The notes under the pieces: generated by a model
Database searches by the model: none
Told to the model about the DNA's origin: nothing
Seen by the model: the letters and a program-made list of their open reading frames with translations, nothing else
Made by a program: the position numbers and the translations under genes
Part shown: piece by piece, positions 16,653 through 27,824 of the stretch
Layout: each line of letters starts with the position of its first letter
How positions within the stretch are numbered: position 1 is the first letter of the stretch
Assembly (NCBI GenBank): GCA_050290185.1
Contig: JBNKHE010000001.1
Span: forward strand, 2,713-66,712
Direction: 5' to 3'
Source of the DNA: Pontiella sp.
GTDB taxonomy: Bacteria; Verrucomicrobiota; Kiritimatiellia; Kiritimatiellales; Pontiellaceae
DNA: 64,000 nt

Positions 16653-18107
16653 TTACCCTACCGACCCTTCAAGACTGATGCCGAGGAGCTTTTGCGCTTC
16701 GACGGCGAATTCCATCGGCAGTTCCTTAAACACCTCTTTGCAGAAGCCGTTAACAATCAGATTGACCGCCTCTTCCGTTTCCAACCCACGCTGATTACAG
16801 TAGAAAATCTGATCTTCACCGATTTTGGTGGTGGTGGCTTCGTGCTCCACCTGAGCGGTTGGGTTGTTGACGTCAATGTACGGAAAGGTATGCGCCCCGC
16901 AACGGTCGCCGATGAGCATCGAATCGCACTGCGAAAAGTTGCGCGCATTTTCGGCGGTTTCCTGAATACGCACCAGACCGCGGTAGCTGTTCTGCGCCTT
17001 TCCGGCCGAAATGCCCTTGCTGATGATCGTACTCTTAGTGTTCTTACCCAGATGGATCATCTTCGTTCCGGTATCGGCTTGCTGCATGTTGTTGGTGACG
17101 GCGACAGAATAGAATTCGCCGACCGAGTTGTCGCCCTTGAGTACACAGCTTGGATATTTCCAGGTGATGGCAGAACCGGTCTCGACCTGCGTCCACGAGA
17201 TCTTGGAGTTGTCGCCCCGGCAATGCCCGCGCTTGGTCACGAAATTGTAAATCCCACCCTTGCCGTCCTTATCGCCGGGATACCAGTTCTGGACGGTGGA
17301 ATACTTAATCTGCGCATCCTTGTGGGCAATCAGTTCAACCACGGCTGCATGCAGCTGGTTTTCGTCGCGTTGCGGTGCGGTGCATCCTTCGAGATAACTG
17401 ACATAGGCGCCTTCGTCGGCGATCAGCAGCGTTCGCTCGAACTGGCCGGTGTTGGCGGCGTTTATACGGAAATAGGTAGAAAGCTCCATCGGGCAACGCA
17501 CCCCCGGAGGCACGTAGCAAAACGAACCGTCGGAAAAGACGGCAGAGTTTAGCGTAGCGTAATAGTTGTCCTTATAGGGAACGACCGTTCCGAGATATTT
17601 TTTCACCAGCTCGGGATGATCCTTCACCGCTTCGGAAAAGGAGCAAAATATGATGCCCATGTCATTGAGCTTGCCCTTGAAGGTGGTAGCCACGGATACC
17701 GAGTCGAAGACCGCATCGACCGCTACAACGCCAGCGAGCACTTCCTGTTCGTGCAACGGGATCCCGAGTTTTTTATAGGTGTCGAGCAACTCGGGATCGA
17801 TTTCATCCAGACTTTTCGGACCATCGATCTTTTGCTTGGGTGCGGAATAATAGCTCAGCGCCTGGTAGTCGATCGGGGGAAACTCCACCTTGGCCCATGT
17901 CGGTTGTTCCAGCGTGGTCCAATGATGGTACGCTTTGACCCTCCACTCGGTCAGCCATTCCGGTTCGTTCTTCCGCAGGGAAATTGCACGGACAATCTCC
18001 TCGTTTAACCCCGGCGGAAGGCTATCGGATTCAATATCGGTCACAAAACCGTACTTGTATTCCTTCTCTGAGATTTCATCGAAGGATTTTTCGTTTTCAA
18101 TCTTCAT
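16653..18107 (-). CDS. sufB: Fe-S cluster assembly protein SufB
   Basis: [33 protein letters not shown]. Confidence 0.97.
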   Translation of the reverse strand: MKIENEKSFDEISEKEYKYGFVTDIESDSLPPGLNEEIVRAISLRKNEPEWLTEWRVKAYHHWTTLEQPTWAKVEFPPIDYQALSYYSAPKQKIDGPKSLDEIDPELLDTYKKLGIPLHEQEVLAGVVAVDAVFDSVSVATTFKGKLNDMGIIFCSFSEAVKDHPELVKKYLGTVVPYKDNYYATLNSAVFSDGSFCYVPPGVRCPMELSTYFRINAANTGQFERTLLIADEGAYVSYLEGCTAPQRDENQLHAAVVELIAHKDAQIKYSTVQNWYPGDKDGKGGIYNFVTKRGHCRGDNSKISWTQVETGSAITWKYPSCVLKGDNSVGEFYSVAVTNNMQQADTGTKMIHLGKNTKSTIISKGISAGKAQNSYRGLVRIQETAENARNFSQCDSMLIGDRCGAHTFPYIDVNNPTAQVEHEATTTKIGEDQIFYCNQRGLETEEAVNLIVNGFCKEVFKELPMEFAVEAQKLLGISLEGSVG

Positions 18108-18173
18108 GATTAAACCTGTGGATTGAGCGGCAACCAGATCGCCGCTGTAACTTGTCTGTCACGTGGGTTATTG

Positions 18174-18569
18174 TTATCCGTTGGACATGTCGGCCAGCGT
18201 CAGCCCCGCAAGGGCACCGATTACGGCATCGTTGACTTGTTGCCAGCTGGGGCTGACCGGACAGTTCCGTTCGCAGCCCTCGGCGCTGGAACAGTCGGTG
18301 ATGGCCACCGGACCTTCGACAGACTCAATGATTTCCGCAGCGGTAATCAGCTCGGCCGTCTTTGCCAGGGAGTAGCCTCCCTTGCTGCCTTGGTGCGACT
18401 TTAGAATGCCGCCCTGGGTAAGAATCTTAAGTACCTTGCTGACGGTCGGCAACGGGATGCCTATCGCGGAGGATAAGTCCTTGGCATTATGCAGCATGCC
18501 CTCTTCCTGATTGGCCATGTGTGCCAGCAGAATAAAACCGTAATCTGTTATCTTTGTAATTCTAAGCAT
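18174..18569 (-). CDS. Rrf2-family SUF system regulator
   Basis: MLRITKITDYG, GSKGGYSLA, three Cys; first gene of the suf operon. Confidence 0.9.
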   Translation of the reverse strand: MLRITKITDYGFILLAHMANQEEGMLHNAKDLSSAIGIPLPTVSKVLKILTQGGILKSHQGSKGGYSLAKTAELITAAEIIESVEGPVAITDCSSAEGCERNCPVSPSWQQVNDAVIGALAGLTLADMSNG

Positions 18570-18780
18570 ACGTTGCGCCCTCTAATACCATACCTATTTG
18601 GTCTTAATTCGAGATCACCGTATCAGAAGGTCGCAGACGGACAAGCCTTTATTAACAGATTTAGTACTATATCCACGCGAGGCGTGATCCATGAGGCGCA
18701 AGGCGTCGATCGTGGTTCCGATTCCGCGCCTCGCCTTTTCCAGGATTCACGGATCATCCGTCACGTACCTCACCCCGCAA

Positions 18781-19848
18781 TTAGAACGGCACGAAATTGG
18801 TCTGTGGCGTGATCTTCCCGACCGTTTTTGCAATCAGGTTCACACACTGTTCAAGATCCTTGAGGCTGATCATCTCACAAGGGCTGTGCATGTAGCGCAA
18901 CGGGATGCTGACCAGCGCGGTGGCCACCCCGGCACGGCTGAGCTGCAGCGCATTGGCATCGGTTCCGGTACCGCGCGGTTCGGCATTGATCTGCACGGGT
19001 ATTTTTTCGGCCTTGGCGGTTTTTACGAGCAGATCAAACAGCTTGTGGTTGATGTTCGGCCCCCGGGTCAGGACGGGCCCCTCGCCCAGCTCGATCAGGT
19101 TTTCGCGCTTCATGGCCTCGGCCATATTTGGATGGTCGGTGGCGAAAGTCACATCGACGGCGATGGCGACATCCGGATCAATCCCGAACGCAGCGGTCGT
19201 TGCTCCGCGCAAACCGATTTCCTCCTGCACGGTAGCCACGGCATGGATTTCAGCGTTCGGGTTCTGCTTCGAAAGTTCGCGAGCCGCCTCCAACACCACA
19301 AAAGCCCCCGAACGGTTATCGAATGCGCGACCCACGGCCAACCCATTGGCAATTTCCTCAAAGCCATAGGCCACGACCAGCGGATCGCCGACCTCGACCA
19401 TCTTTTCGGCCTCTTTCTTGTCTTTTGCGCCAATGTCGACCCACAGGTCCTTGACTTCCGTCACCTGCTTGCGCTGTTCAGGCGTCTGCATATGGATCGC
19501 CATTTTTCCGACCACGCCGCGAACGATCCCCTTCTTCGTCATAATCTGCACGCGCTGTCCCTGGGCAATCTGCGGATCCCAGCCGCCGAGCGCCTGGATC
19601 CAGAGGAAGCCTTGGTCATCGATATAGGAAATCTGGAATCCGATTTCATCATAGTGGCCGGCAAACATGACGCGCGGCGATCCGCCGGGGTTGACAATGG
19701 CATGCGAGTTGCCATGGGTATCGGTCCACACTTTGGAGGCAAACTTGTCCGCCTCGGCTTTCCACACCTTGGCCACAGGTTTTTCATACCCCGAGGGGCT
19801 CATGCTGTTGATCAGATCCGCTAAAAACTGTTTGGTTTGCTTGGTCAT
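18781..19848 (-). CDS. M42 family metallopeptidase
   Basis: SPSGYE, GHYDEIG, DNR, VQEEIGLRGA, GTGTDA, RYMHSP. Confidence 0.92.
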   Translation of the reverse strand: MTKQTKQFLADLINSMSPSGYEKPVAKVWKAEADKFASKVWTDTHGNSHAIVNPGGSPRVMFAGHYDEIGFQISYIDDQGFLWIQALGGWDPQIAQGQRVQIMTKKGIVRGVVGKMAIHMQTPEQRKQVTEVKDLWVDIGAKDKKEAEKMVEVGDPLVVAYGFEEIANGLAVGRAFDNRSGAFVVLEAARELSKQNPNAEIHAVATVQEEIGLRGATTAAFGIDPDVAIAVDVTFATDHPNMAEAMKRENLIELGEGPVLTRGPNINHKLFDLLVKTAKAEKIPVQINAEPRGTGTDANALQLSRAGVATALVSIPLRYMHSPCEMISLKDLEQCVNLIAKTVGKITPQTNFVPF

Positions 19849-20212
19849 GGGTCTCCTTTAATTCGCAGCGTGTTATTCGTAATTGCTGAACCGGCCAAAA
19901 TCAAACCATCTCCCCCGAATTCACTGCTTAAGTTATGAATTACACATCATGGAGAACCTGGGTATCATCATTACCTTCGCCGCCTACTTCGTCTTCATAC
20001 TGGCGACCGGCAGCTGAACAAACGGGTCTCAGCCATGAGTGCGCAGGCCTCGGATATGAACGGATGGCTGCAACCTGGTCTTCCGGGAAATGCCTACCTG
20101 CAGGGGATGAAAGCCGCCTGGATTGCCTTCGGCCTGGCGCCGGGCACCTACTTGTATTGGCGATTCGTTGCACGGCGTTTGCGCCCGCTTCGATGAAGCT
20201 CATGGGTAGCCA

Positions 20213-20941
20213 CTAGATAGAACCCCGCGTCCGGCTGCGGGGCTTGGGCTCCGCGGAAAAAACCGAAGAGGCTCCCACCAAAGCAATCAACAGGAGAAGA
20301 CCGATGGCCGTACCGATCGGAAAAACAATCAGATTCAGAACCGCCAGCAGATAGCCAAGGGACAATCCCCAGGTCTTTTTTTGGAAGATCCCTATCGCGG
20401 ATATGATGGGAATCAAAATAAAAACAGAACTCAGCGTTGAGAAAAGCCACATCCCCAATGTGTTTCCGAGTCCCTGACCGTATAGAACCGAAAAAATGCC
20501 CGCATAGATCAGGGGAAGAACGATACAAATAATCTGTAAAAGCCCCATCCAGATTGCAGGAAGATCCCGCGCCGGACGGTATTTGAATTTATGGGAACGG
20601 GAACTGGATCTCCGCTTTCCCTGCCACTCATCTCTCGTTTCCGGAGTGGAATAGATGTTGGATACATTGCCACTCTCGGATTCACGGATCATCTCGTCGG
20701 TATAGCGCCGCTCACCATACCTGCGGTCACGGGAAGAGTTGCCCAACCGGCGGACTTCATATGAACCTAATGAAAGTAACGCCGTTATCGATACCGCAAA
20801 GAGCGTGATATCGGCTTTCCGCTGGCTGTTGTACGGCTCAAACAGTCGTCTCGACTCATACATCGTGTAGAGCGAATTAGCCGAATAACCCACAATCAAG
20901 GCGAAAACAATGATCCCAATCACTCTAAGCATCCTCAACAT
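20213..20941 (-). CDS. Hypothetical membrane protein
   Basis: Long ORF with about six hydrophobic segments. Confidence 0.7.
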   Translation of the reverse strand: MLRMLRVIGIIVFALIVGYSANSLYTMYESRRLFEPYNSQRKADITLFAVSITALLSLGSYEVRRLGNSSRDRRYGERRYTDEMIRESESGNVSNIYSTPETRDEWQGKRRSSSRSHKFKYRPARDLPAIWMGLLQIICIVLPLIYAGIFSVLYGQGLGNTLGMWLFSTLSSVFILIPIISAIGIFQKKTWGLSLGYLLAVLNLIVFPIGTAIGLLLLIALVGASSVFSAEPKPRSRTRGSI

Positions 20942-21032
20942 AACTCTCTCCCTCCTACCCCATTCGAACAGCAGGAAATCCTACGCCGAACACTCCCATA
21001 GTAGGCATGAAAGAGAGTCTGTCAACATTGCA

Positions 21033-23639
21033 CTAGTATTTTTTACTACTTTTATTAAACCTCTGCTTGAGAATGAGTTCACCATTTTCCACCGCGACAT
21101 CAACGGTCGATCCACCGGGCAGGTTCCCGGCAATAATCATACGGGAAACCGGCGTTTCGAGGTGTTGCTGAATGAAGCGTTTCAGCGGTCGAGCACCGTA
21201 AACCGGATCGTAGCCTTCCTTCGCAATATACTGTTCGGCCATCTTTTCAACCTCCAGATGAATGCCCTGAGCAGCCAATCGCTGGCTAAGATCCTTCAGC
21301 AACAGTGCGACAACGCGAGTGATTTCCTCCAGCGTGAGCGGCTTGAACAGAACCGTTTCATCGACCCGGTTCAGAAATTCCGGACGGAAATTCGCCCGCA
21401 GCATTTTCATCACGTCTTCCCGCGCCGCTTCGCTGATGTGCCCATTCGGGTCAATGCCTTCCAGCAGATGGGTCGAACCTATGTTGCTGGTCATGACCAC
21501 AATCGTGTTTTTAAAGTTTACAGTCCGGCCGTGTGAATCGGTCAACCGGCCATCCTCAAGAATCTGCAACAAAACATTAAATACGTCGTGGTGCGCTTTT
21601 TCGATTTCATCCAGCAGGACCACGCAATACGGCTTGCGCCGAACCGCCTCGGTCAGCTGGCCGCCTTCTTCGAAGCCGATATAACCGGGAGGCGCACCGA
21701 TCAGCCGCGATACGGTGTGCTTCTCCATGTATTCGCTCATATCGATTCGGACCATATTGTTCTCGGAGTCGAACAACTCCCACGCCAGCGTCCGGGCCAG
21801 CTCGGTTTTTCCGACGCCGGTCGGCCCCAGAAAGAGGAACGACCCGATCGGCCGTTTCGGACTCTGGATGCCGGCCCGCGAACGCAACACGGCATCCGCC
21901 ACGGCCTGCACGGCATCGTCCTGACCGATTACCCGCTCGTGCAGCACCGCATCAAGCTTCAACAGCTTTTCTCGCTCGCCTTCCAGCAGCTTGGTCAGCG
22001 GGATGCCCGCCCAGCGCGATATCACTTCAGCGATCTCCTCCTCCGTCACCTCTTCACGCAGGAGCGTTCCTGCTTCACGGTCGGCCATGGCGGCTTCCGC
22101 CCCGGCCAGTTTCTTTTCAATCTCGGGAATGGTTCCATGACGCAGCTTGGCCACGCGTTCCAGGTCATATTGCCGCTCCGCCTTTTCCGCCTCGGCCTTG
22201 GCCAGTTCCAACCCTTCGCGCAGTTCGCGTACCTTCTCGATGCCGCTCTTCTCGTTTTCCCATTGGGCCTTCATGGCATCGGCATCGGCTCGCAGGTCGG
22301 CCAATTCCTTGCGAAGGACTTCCAGGCGTTGCTTGCTGGCCGCATCCTTTTCATTCTTCAGTGCGGTTTCCTCGATCTCCAGCCGCATCACCTTGCGGGT
22401 GATTTCATCCAGCTCGACCGGCATGGAATCAATTTCCGTCCGGATCGTTGCACAGGCCTCGTCCATCAGGTCGATCGCCTTGTCCGGCAGGAAACGGTCG
22501 GAGATATACCGGTCCGACAGCACGGCCGAAGAAACCAGTGCCGCATCCTGAATGCGGACGCCGTGATGCACCTCGAAGCGCTCCTTCAGCCCCCGCAGAA
22601 TGGAAATCGTATCCTCCACGCTCGGCACGTCCACCATCACCGGCTGAAAACGCCGCTCCAGAGCGGAATCCTTTTCAATGTACTGACGGTGCTCGTTCAG
22701 TGTCGTGGCCCCGATACAATGCAGTTCGCCGCGCGCCAGCATCGGTTTGAGCATGTTGCCCGCATCCGAAGAACCTTCCGTTTTGCCGGCCCCGACAATG
22801 GTGTGCAGTTCATCAATGAAAAGAATGATTTGTCCTTCCGAAGCTTTGATTTCCTGCAATACCGCCTTCAGTCGCTCCTCGAACTCGCCGCGATATTTCG
22901 CACCCGCCATCAAAGCGGTCATATCCAGTGCCCAGATCGACTTTTCCTTCAAGCCTTCCGGCACATCGCCGCGCACAATACGCTGAGCCAGCCCTTCCAC
23001 GATGGCGGTCTTGCCGACGCCGGGCTCGCCGATCAATACGGGGTTGTTTTTCGTCTTGCGTGAAAGAATGCGTATGACCGATCGGATTTCGGCATCGCGA
23101 CCAATCACCGGATCCAGCTTGCCCGAACGGGCCGCATCGACCAGATCCATGCCGTACTTGCTCAACGCTTCGTACTGCCCCTCCGGATTGTCGGAGGTAG
23201 CGCGCTGGTTGCCGCGTACCTTCTGAAGCGATTCAAGCACCGCCTTGCGCTCAACGCCGGTTTCCTTCAGGAACTTGAGTTCATCGGCGAATACCAGCAA
23301 CAGGTGTTCTACGGAAATAAATTCATCCTTCAACCGCTTGGCTTCGTCGCCGGCCTTTACAAGCAGTTGGTTGAGCCGTTGGGTAATGTACACCTTGCCG
23401 GCCTCGGTGGCGCCCTGCACACGCGGACGCTTTTCCAGTTCCTGTTCCACACGGGCGCGCACCACCGGCACCGACGCACCGACATTCTCGATCAGGCGCG
23501 GTACCAATCCGCCCTCCTGATCAAGCAAGGCGAACAGTACATGTTCGGCGTCCACTTCCTGATGACCATAGCGCAACGCCTTCACCTGCGCCTGCTGCAA
23601 CGCCTCCTGAACCTTCTGGGTTGTCTTCGATAAATCCAT
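21033..23639 (-). CDS. clpB: ATP-dependent chaperone ClpB
   Basis: Two AAA+ modules ([16 protein letters not shown]) with coiled-coil middle domain; RBS AGGAGG. Confidence 0.97.
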   Translation of the reverse strand: MDLSKTTQKVQEALQQAQVKALRYGHQEVDAEHVLFALLDQEGGLVPRLIENVGASVPVVRARVEQELEKRPRVQGATEAGKVYITQRLNQLLVKAGDEAKRLKDEFISVEHLLLVFADELKFLKETGVERKAVLESLQKVRGNQRATSDNPEGQYEALSKYGMDLVDAARSGKLDPVIGRDAEIRSVIRILSRKTKNNPVLIGEPGVGKTAIVEGLAQRIVRGDVPEGLKEKSIWALDMTALMAGAKYRGEFEERLKAVLQEIKASEGQIILFIDELHTIVGAGKTEGSSDAGNMLKPMLARGELHCIGATTLNEHRQYIEKDSALERRFQPVMVDVPSVEDTISILRGLKERFEVHHGVRIQDAALVSSAVLSDRYISDRFLPDKAIDLMDEACATIRTEIDSMPVELDEITRKVMRLEIEETALKNEKDAASKQRLEVLRKELADLRADADAMKAQWENEKSGIEKVRELREGLELAKAEAEKAERQYDLERVAKLRHGTIPEIEKKLAGAEAAMADREAGTLLREEVTEEEIAEVISRWAGIPLTKLLEGEREKLLKLDAVLHERVIGQDDAVQAVADAVLRSRAGIQSPKRPIGSFLFLGPTGVGKTELARTLAWELFDSENNMVRIDMSEYMEKHTVSRLIGAPPGYIGFEEGGQLTEAVRRKPYCVVLLDEIEKAHHDVFNVLLQILEDGRLTDSHGRTVNFKNTIVVMTSNIGSTHLLEGIDPNGHISEAAREDVMKMLRANFRPEFLNRVDETVLFKPLTLEEITRVVALLLKDLSQRLAAQGIHLEVEKMAEQYIAKEGYDPVYGARPLKRFIQQHLETPVSRMIIAGNLPGGSTVDVAVENGELILKQRFNKSSKKY

Positions 23640-23757
23640 AATGTCCTCCTTCGGCAAAAACCATTACCACTAAATTCTCTCACAAAGGCGCAGAGTGATA
23701 TTTATTCATGCTCAGCGCTCTCTCCATTACTGCGAGGGATTTCTTCTGACTCCCCTA

Positions 23758-23774
23758 TTGCATCGAGTGTGCCA
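23758..23774 (-). promoter_or_regulatory. Putative sigma-54 (-24/-12) promoter upstream of clpB
   Basis: Minus strand TGGCACACTCGATGCAA = GG-N10-GC. Confidence 0.5.
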
Positions 23775-23994
23775 CCGCTAGAATGACCGCTTTTACAGCC
23801 CTTGTATCTAGCCAACCTTCGAAAAATGCGCCAAATCAGCCCACTCCATGCGCCACATTGTCGCATAGCCATTGGTAGAGACAGCTGTCCCAGCTGTCCG
23901 CCCGCACGTCAGGCCGATCCCGATCGTACGTAATACAACTCGCCTCCGGAAAAAAATGATGTTCCCCCGCATCCATCTCCTGTACAACGTCCCC

Positions 23995-25038
23995 ATGCAA
24001 TTCTTTGAACACTTGATAGGGACCCAAACCGGATTGGTCATCGCGTTTATTGCGGTGGCGGCCATAGTGGTTTTGTCGGGCATCCGCCTGAGTCTCTATG
24101 GCGATGCGCTGGGCGACCGCACCGGGCTGGGCAGCGGATTGATAGGCCTCGTGTTTCTGGCCGCGGTCACCAGCCTGCCGGAGCTGGTGGTATCGCTCAC
24201 CTCCGTAATCAAAAATCCGGATGACCTGGCCAAAGGCGCCGACCTTGCCACCGGAAACATGCTTGGATCAAATATCTTCAACCTGCTGATTCTAGCCTTC
24301 ATCACCCTCCTCTTTCCCCACAAGTTCAAACCCTGGAAAATGGAAGACAAGCATACCGGATCGGCCGTTTATGGACTGATCATGCTCGGCATTTTTGCCG
24401 TCGCCTTCCTGACCACAAACATGACCGCCATGCGCGTACCTCTACTCGGGTGCAGCTTGCCCGTACTGGCACTGCCGATCGTATACGGTTTCATCATCCG
24501 GCGGGAACACGGCCAATTGGAAGCCGAACCCGATAACCACCTGCCCTCCGAAAGCCAACTGGCCCATCTTCCCGCGTCCCGTTTTTACAGCGTCTTAGGA
24601 TTGCTCTGCGCCTGCATCATCGGCGGCGGTGTCCTGCTCTCCATTCTGGGCGGCCGCATGGCGCTTCCTCCGGAACAGGGCGGCTTCGGCCTTGAGGCCA
24701 GTCTGATCGGCACGATTTTTCTCGCCATCTCCACCAGCCTGCCGGAATTGGTCATTTCCTTCTCGAGCGTCCGCATGGGCTTCCTCGACATGTCCGTCGG
24801 AAACGTACTGGGAAGCAACATGTTTAACCTGCTGATCATCTTCGCGGCCGACGTCACCATGCGCGGCGGCAGCATGCTCCGCCATGCCTCGCCCACGAAC
24901 TGGACCAGTGTCGGCCTGATCCTGGTGCTCACACTGCTCGCCGGCGCACTGCTCCACGCCCGCCGCACCCGCGAATCCGTGACCGTGGCCAGCGTAATGC
25001 TCCTTCTTTACATCGCCGCCATGACGTTCTTCGCCTAG
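23995..25038 (+). CDS. Sodium/calcium exchanger (CaCA) family antiporter
   Basis: Two alpha repeats TSLPEL...GNxLGSNxFN. Confidence 0.9.
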   Translation: MQFFEHLIGTQTGLVIAFIAVAAIVVLSGIRLSLYGDALGDRTGLGSGLIGLVFLAAVTSLPELVVSLTSVIKNPDDLAKGADLATGNMLGSNIFNLLILAFITLLFPHKFKPWKMEDKHTGSAVYGLIMLGIFAVAFLTTNMTAMRVPLLGCSLPVLALPIVYGFIIRREHGQLEAEPDNHLPSESQLAHLPASRFYSVLGLLCACIIGGGVLLSILGGRMALPPEQGGFGLEASLIGTIFLAISTSLPELVISFSSVRMGFLDMSVGNVLGSNMFNLLIIFAADVTMRGGSMLRHASPTNWTSVGLILVLTLLAGALLHARRTRESVTVASVMLLLYIAAMTFFA

Positions 25039-25086
25039 AACCGGCAGCTTCATCCCAGCCCCCCCCCCCTTGACGTAACCGCCCCC

Positions 25087-25166
25087 AGAGAGAGGGATTG
25101 CCGTTCCCGTTGGTCACTGCTTTCGCAGACTCAAGCGTCGCGTCGAACTGCAGTTCTCATCCCTCT
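25087..25166 (-). repeat. tRNA-3'-end-copying structured element (Ser copy)
   Basis: AGAGAGAGGGATT identical to 25221-25233; CGCGTCGAAC and GTTCTCATCC motifs shared with 59291-59400. Confidence 0.6.
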
Positions 25167-25172
25167 TCCTCC

Positions 25173-25210
25173 AAAAAGAAAGGCTGCATGTTTTTCGACA
25201 TGCAGCCTTT
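25173..25210 (-). terminator. Rho-independent terminator after tRNA-Ser
   Basis: AAAGGCTGCATGT/ACATGCAGCCTTT stem with T tract on minus strand. Confidence 0.75.
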
Positions 25211-25213
25211 AGA

Positions 25214-25302
<89 letters not shown>

Positions 25303-25425
25303 GTGTGGAAGAACGCGGAATGTATAAACCCGATGTTTTCAACGCAAGACCATTCTCATCCCAATGAGAAGTTGCAAACCTTAAGTCTTTTGGTTTGAGC
25401 GCGCTGAGGACGGCGTGCTACTACC

Positions 25426-27807
25426 ATGACTATGTTTTTCATCGCCAAAGCAAAGCGTCATACCCATCGGCCGGCCATGCTGATTATTGCCCTGCTTGCC
25501 GCGCATACTGCGTGCGCAGATGAAGTACCGATATTCCGCGTGGACGGCGGGGGTTCGGGCCATGTGGCTACTGGTCGTACATGGAAATCTGCTTTTACCG
25601 GATTGCAGGAAGGCATCGATGCCGCATTCAATGCCGGCGGGGGTGAGGTCTGGGTCAAGGCGGGTGTATATCAACCCTCCGGCGACGGGCGCGATTCCTC
25701 CTTTGAACTCAAGCCCGGAGTCCGGCTATACGGCGGATTCCGCGGCGTGGAGAACGAATGCGGGGAACGGAACCCGAAGGCCAACCGGACGATCCTGAAC
25801 GGCGATATCGGAGCCGTCGGCGACGAATCGGATAACTGCTATCATCTGGTGACGGGAGCCACCGACACGCGGATTGATGGATTCATTATTTCGCGCGGCA
25901 ATGCCAACGGATTGAAGCAGAAAGGTACGGGGGGTGGCATGACCATTCCTGCCGGCACCAGGAAGATGACGGTTGCCAACTGCACGTTCGAAAAAAACAA
26001 TGCCGGCTGGCAGGGGGGCGCCATCTATGGCGGAAGCGTCGAACTTACGGTGACCAACTGCACCTTTTTCTCGAATGCTGCCGCAAATGGCGGCGGGATT
26101 TCGATCAAGGGACCCGCCCTCATCGCCCTTGAAAACTGCGCTTTTTCAGCCAATACCGGGAAGACGGCCGGCGGGGCGATCAATCTGGAGAACGAGATCC
26201 ATGCATCCATGGTAAATTGCCGATTTCTCTCTAATTCGTCCGGAGGGAACGGAGGCGCACTGTTGATGGAAAGCGGCGGTGAAACGAATGCCACGCTTAA
26301 AATCACGGATTGCCAATTTACGGATAACCGATCCGACACCACCGGCGGCGCCGTGTTTATCAAGGGAGCGTTTTCTTCCTGGATAGAACAATGCAGCTTT
26401 ATCCGTAATAGCGGCAACGAGGGGACTGGAGGCATCGTTGTTTCCAGAGGGGCCCTGGCCCTCATCCAGCAATGCACTTACAAAAAAAACCGGGGAGAAA
26501 AGGATCAACGCGACCTGTTCTGCGATGATACGTCGCAGATCTTCGACACCCTCGAAGCGCTTCAGGCCTCTTTCGAACCCGAAGAGGAAAAGCCGGTAGC
26601 AGTACCGCTCAAAATGCTTAATGATGTGTATGTTTACAATCCGCGGAACACGCAGATGAAACTGCGGCTTATTCTGGCCGCCAAGCCGTGTACGGTTCTT
26701 GTACTGGGCGATCTTACGGATCCTGATTTTATCGAGAACTACCGCAACCTTGAAGCGGTCGCGAACGACTATAAACCACTCGGCGCTCAATTCTTCTATG
26801 TCTACCGGGCTCCGCTCCACCCCGAGAACAACGGTTATCTTCAGCCTTTCAGCATTCAGGAGCGTGCTCGGCAGGCTCAGCGGGCCACCACCCTGCTGAA
26901 AACAAAAACCCCGTGGCTGTATGACTGCATGGACAACCAAACGCTGGCGGCCTTGATGGACGACAGCGACGGGAATGTCTTTATCTATTCGGCGGAGGGG
27001 AGCGAACACTACCACGGAACCCTGGATGACACCCGGGCCCTGCGCAACGCGTTAAAGAAGCTCGTGGGGGAGGCCTCTACGGAAACTTCTCCGAACCGAT
27101 TCCCCTCTCCCGGAATTTCCCCCAAGGACGTGGGAACCCCCGATCTGCTTGACCGGATTCGGTTCGACCCTGAAACCGAGCCTTTTTCGCCGCTTCTCAT
27201 CACTCCGGTCTCTTCCCGGTTTCCGTTCTATGTAAAGTTGAGGGCCGAAGGCGATGACGACCTCCTGAAAACCGGCAGAGGAAGACTCTATCTCGGTTTC
27301 CATGTAGATCCGCTTTATCAAACCCAATGGGACAACAAAGCCGAACCACTGGAATATATGATCCGGGCGCCCCGAGGAGTCGCCGCGCCGTCCACGGACG
27401 ATGCGCCGGAAATCAAGAGTCAGCAATACGACTCCGAACCACGGGAGTTTGTACTTACCACCCGGCAGCTGGATCCCTCCAAACCGCTTAACCTTCGCGT
27501 CGAATACACGGTCTATTCCCCTCAACAGGACAAAAGCATTACCGTGACGCAGCTCTATACCATTCATCTAAAGCGCGACCCGTTTGGAGGAAAGGCCTTT
27601 CGGCGTCAAATCCTGCACACCGATCCACCCCGTAAACAACAGGCCCTCATGCCGGTTGCCCTCCGTGATTTCGATTCAAACGGGGATGGGAAGCTCAGCC
27701 GAGGGGAACTGAGCGGCAACCTGTGGAGCAAGTTTTCTAAGATCGACACCGACGGCGACGGCTATCTCAGCGCGGATGAATATGCGGACTATCTCGCCAG
27801 CCGCTAA
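25426..27807 (+). CDS. Secreted multidomain protein: parallel beta-helix (GGAI/FxxN repeats) + deiodinase/thioredoxin-like domain + EF-hands
   Basis: Signal peptide; FxxN..GGA repeats; LVLGDLTDPDF...YVY...HP...ER...D.MDN; DSNGDGKLS and DTDGDGYLS. Confidence 0.75.
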   Translation: MTMFFIAKAKRHTHRPAMLIIALLAAHTACADEVPIFRVDGGGSGHVATGRTWKSAFTGLQEGIDAAFNAGGGEVWVKAGVYQPSGDGRDSSFELKPGVRLYGGFRGVENECGERNPKANRTILNGDIGAVGDESDNCYHLVTGATDTRIDGFIISRGNANGLKQKGTGGGMTIPAGTRKMTVANCTFEKNNAGWQGGAIYGGSVELTVTNCTFFSNAAANGGGISIKGPALIALENCAFSANTGKTAGGAINLENEIHASMVNCRFLSNSSGGNGGALLMESGGETNATLKITDCQFTDNRSDTTGGAVFIKGAFSSWIEQCSFIRNSGNEGTGGIVVSRGALALIQQCTYKKNRGEKDQRDLFCDDTSQIFDTLEALQASFEPEEEKPVAVPLKMLNDVYVYNPRNTQMKLRLILAAKPCTVLVLGDLTDPDFIENYRNLEAVANDYKPLGAQFFYVYRAPLHPENNGYLQPFSIQERARQAQRATTLLKTKTPWLYDCMDNQTLAALMDDSDGNVFIYSAEGSEHYHGTLDDTRALRNALKKLVGEASTETSPNRFPSPGISPKDVGTPDLLDRIRFDPETEPFSPLLITPVSSRFPFYVKLRAEGDDDLLKTGRGRLYLGFHVDPLYQTQWDNKAEPLEYMIRAPRGVAAPSTDDAPEIKSQQYDSEPREFVLTTRQLDPSKPLNLRVEYTVYSPQQDKSITVTQLYTIHLKRDPFGGKAFRRQILHTDPPRKQQALMPVALRDFDSNGDGKLSRGELSGNLWSKFSKIDTDGDGYLSADEYADYLASR

Positions 27808-27824
27808 ACCACTAGCTACGTCCA

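Noticed and set aside
19940..20203. 87-aa ORF downstream of the membrane protein gene
   Set aside because: No recognisable motif or RBS; cannot be supported
23700..23775. CIRCE operator upstream of clpB
   Set aside because: No TTAGCACTC-N9-GAGTGCTAA match; only partial similarity
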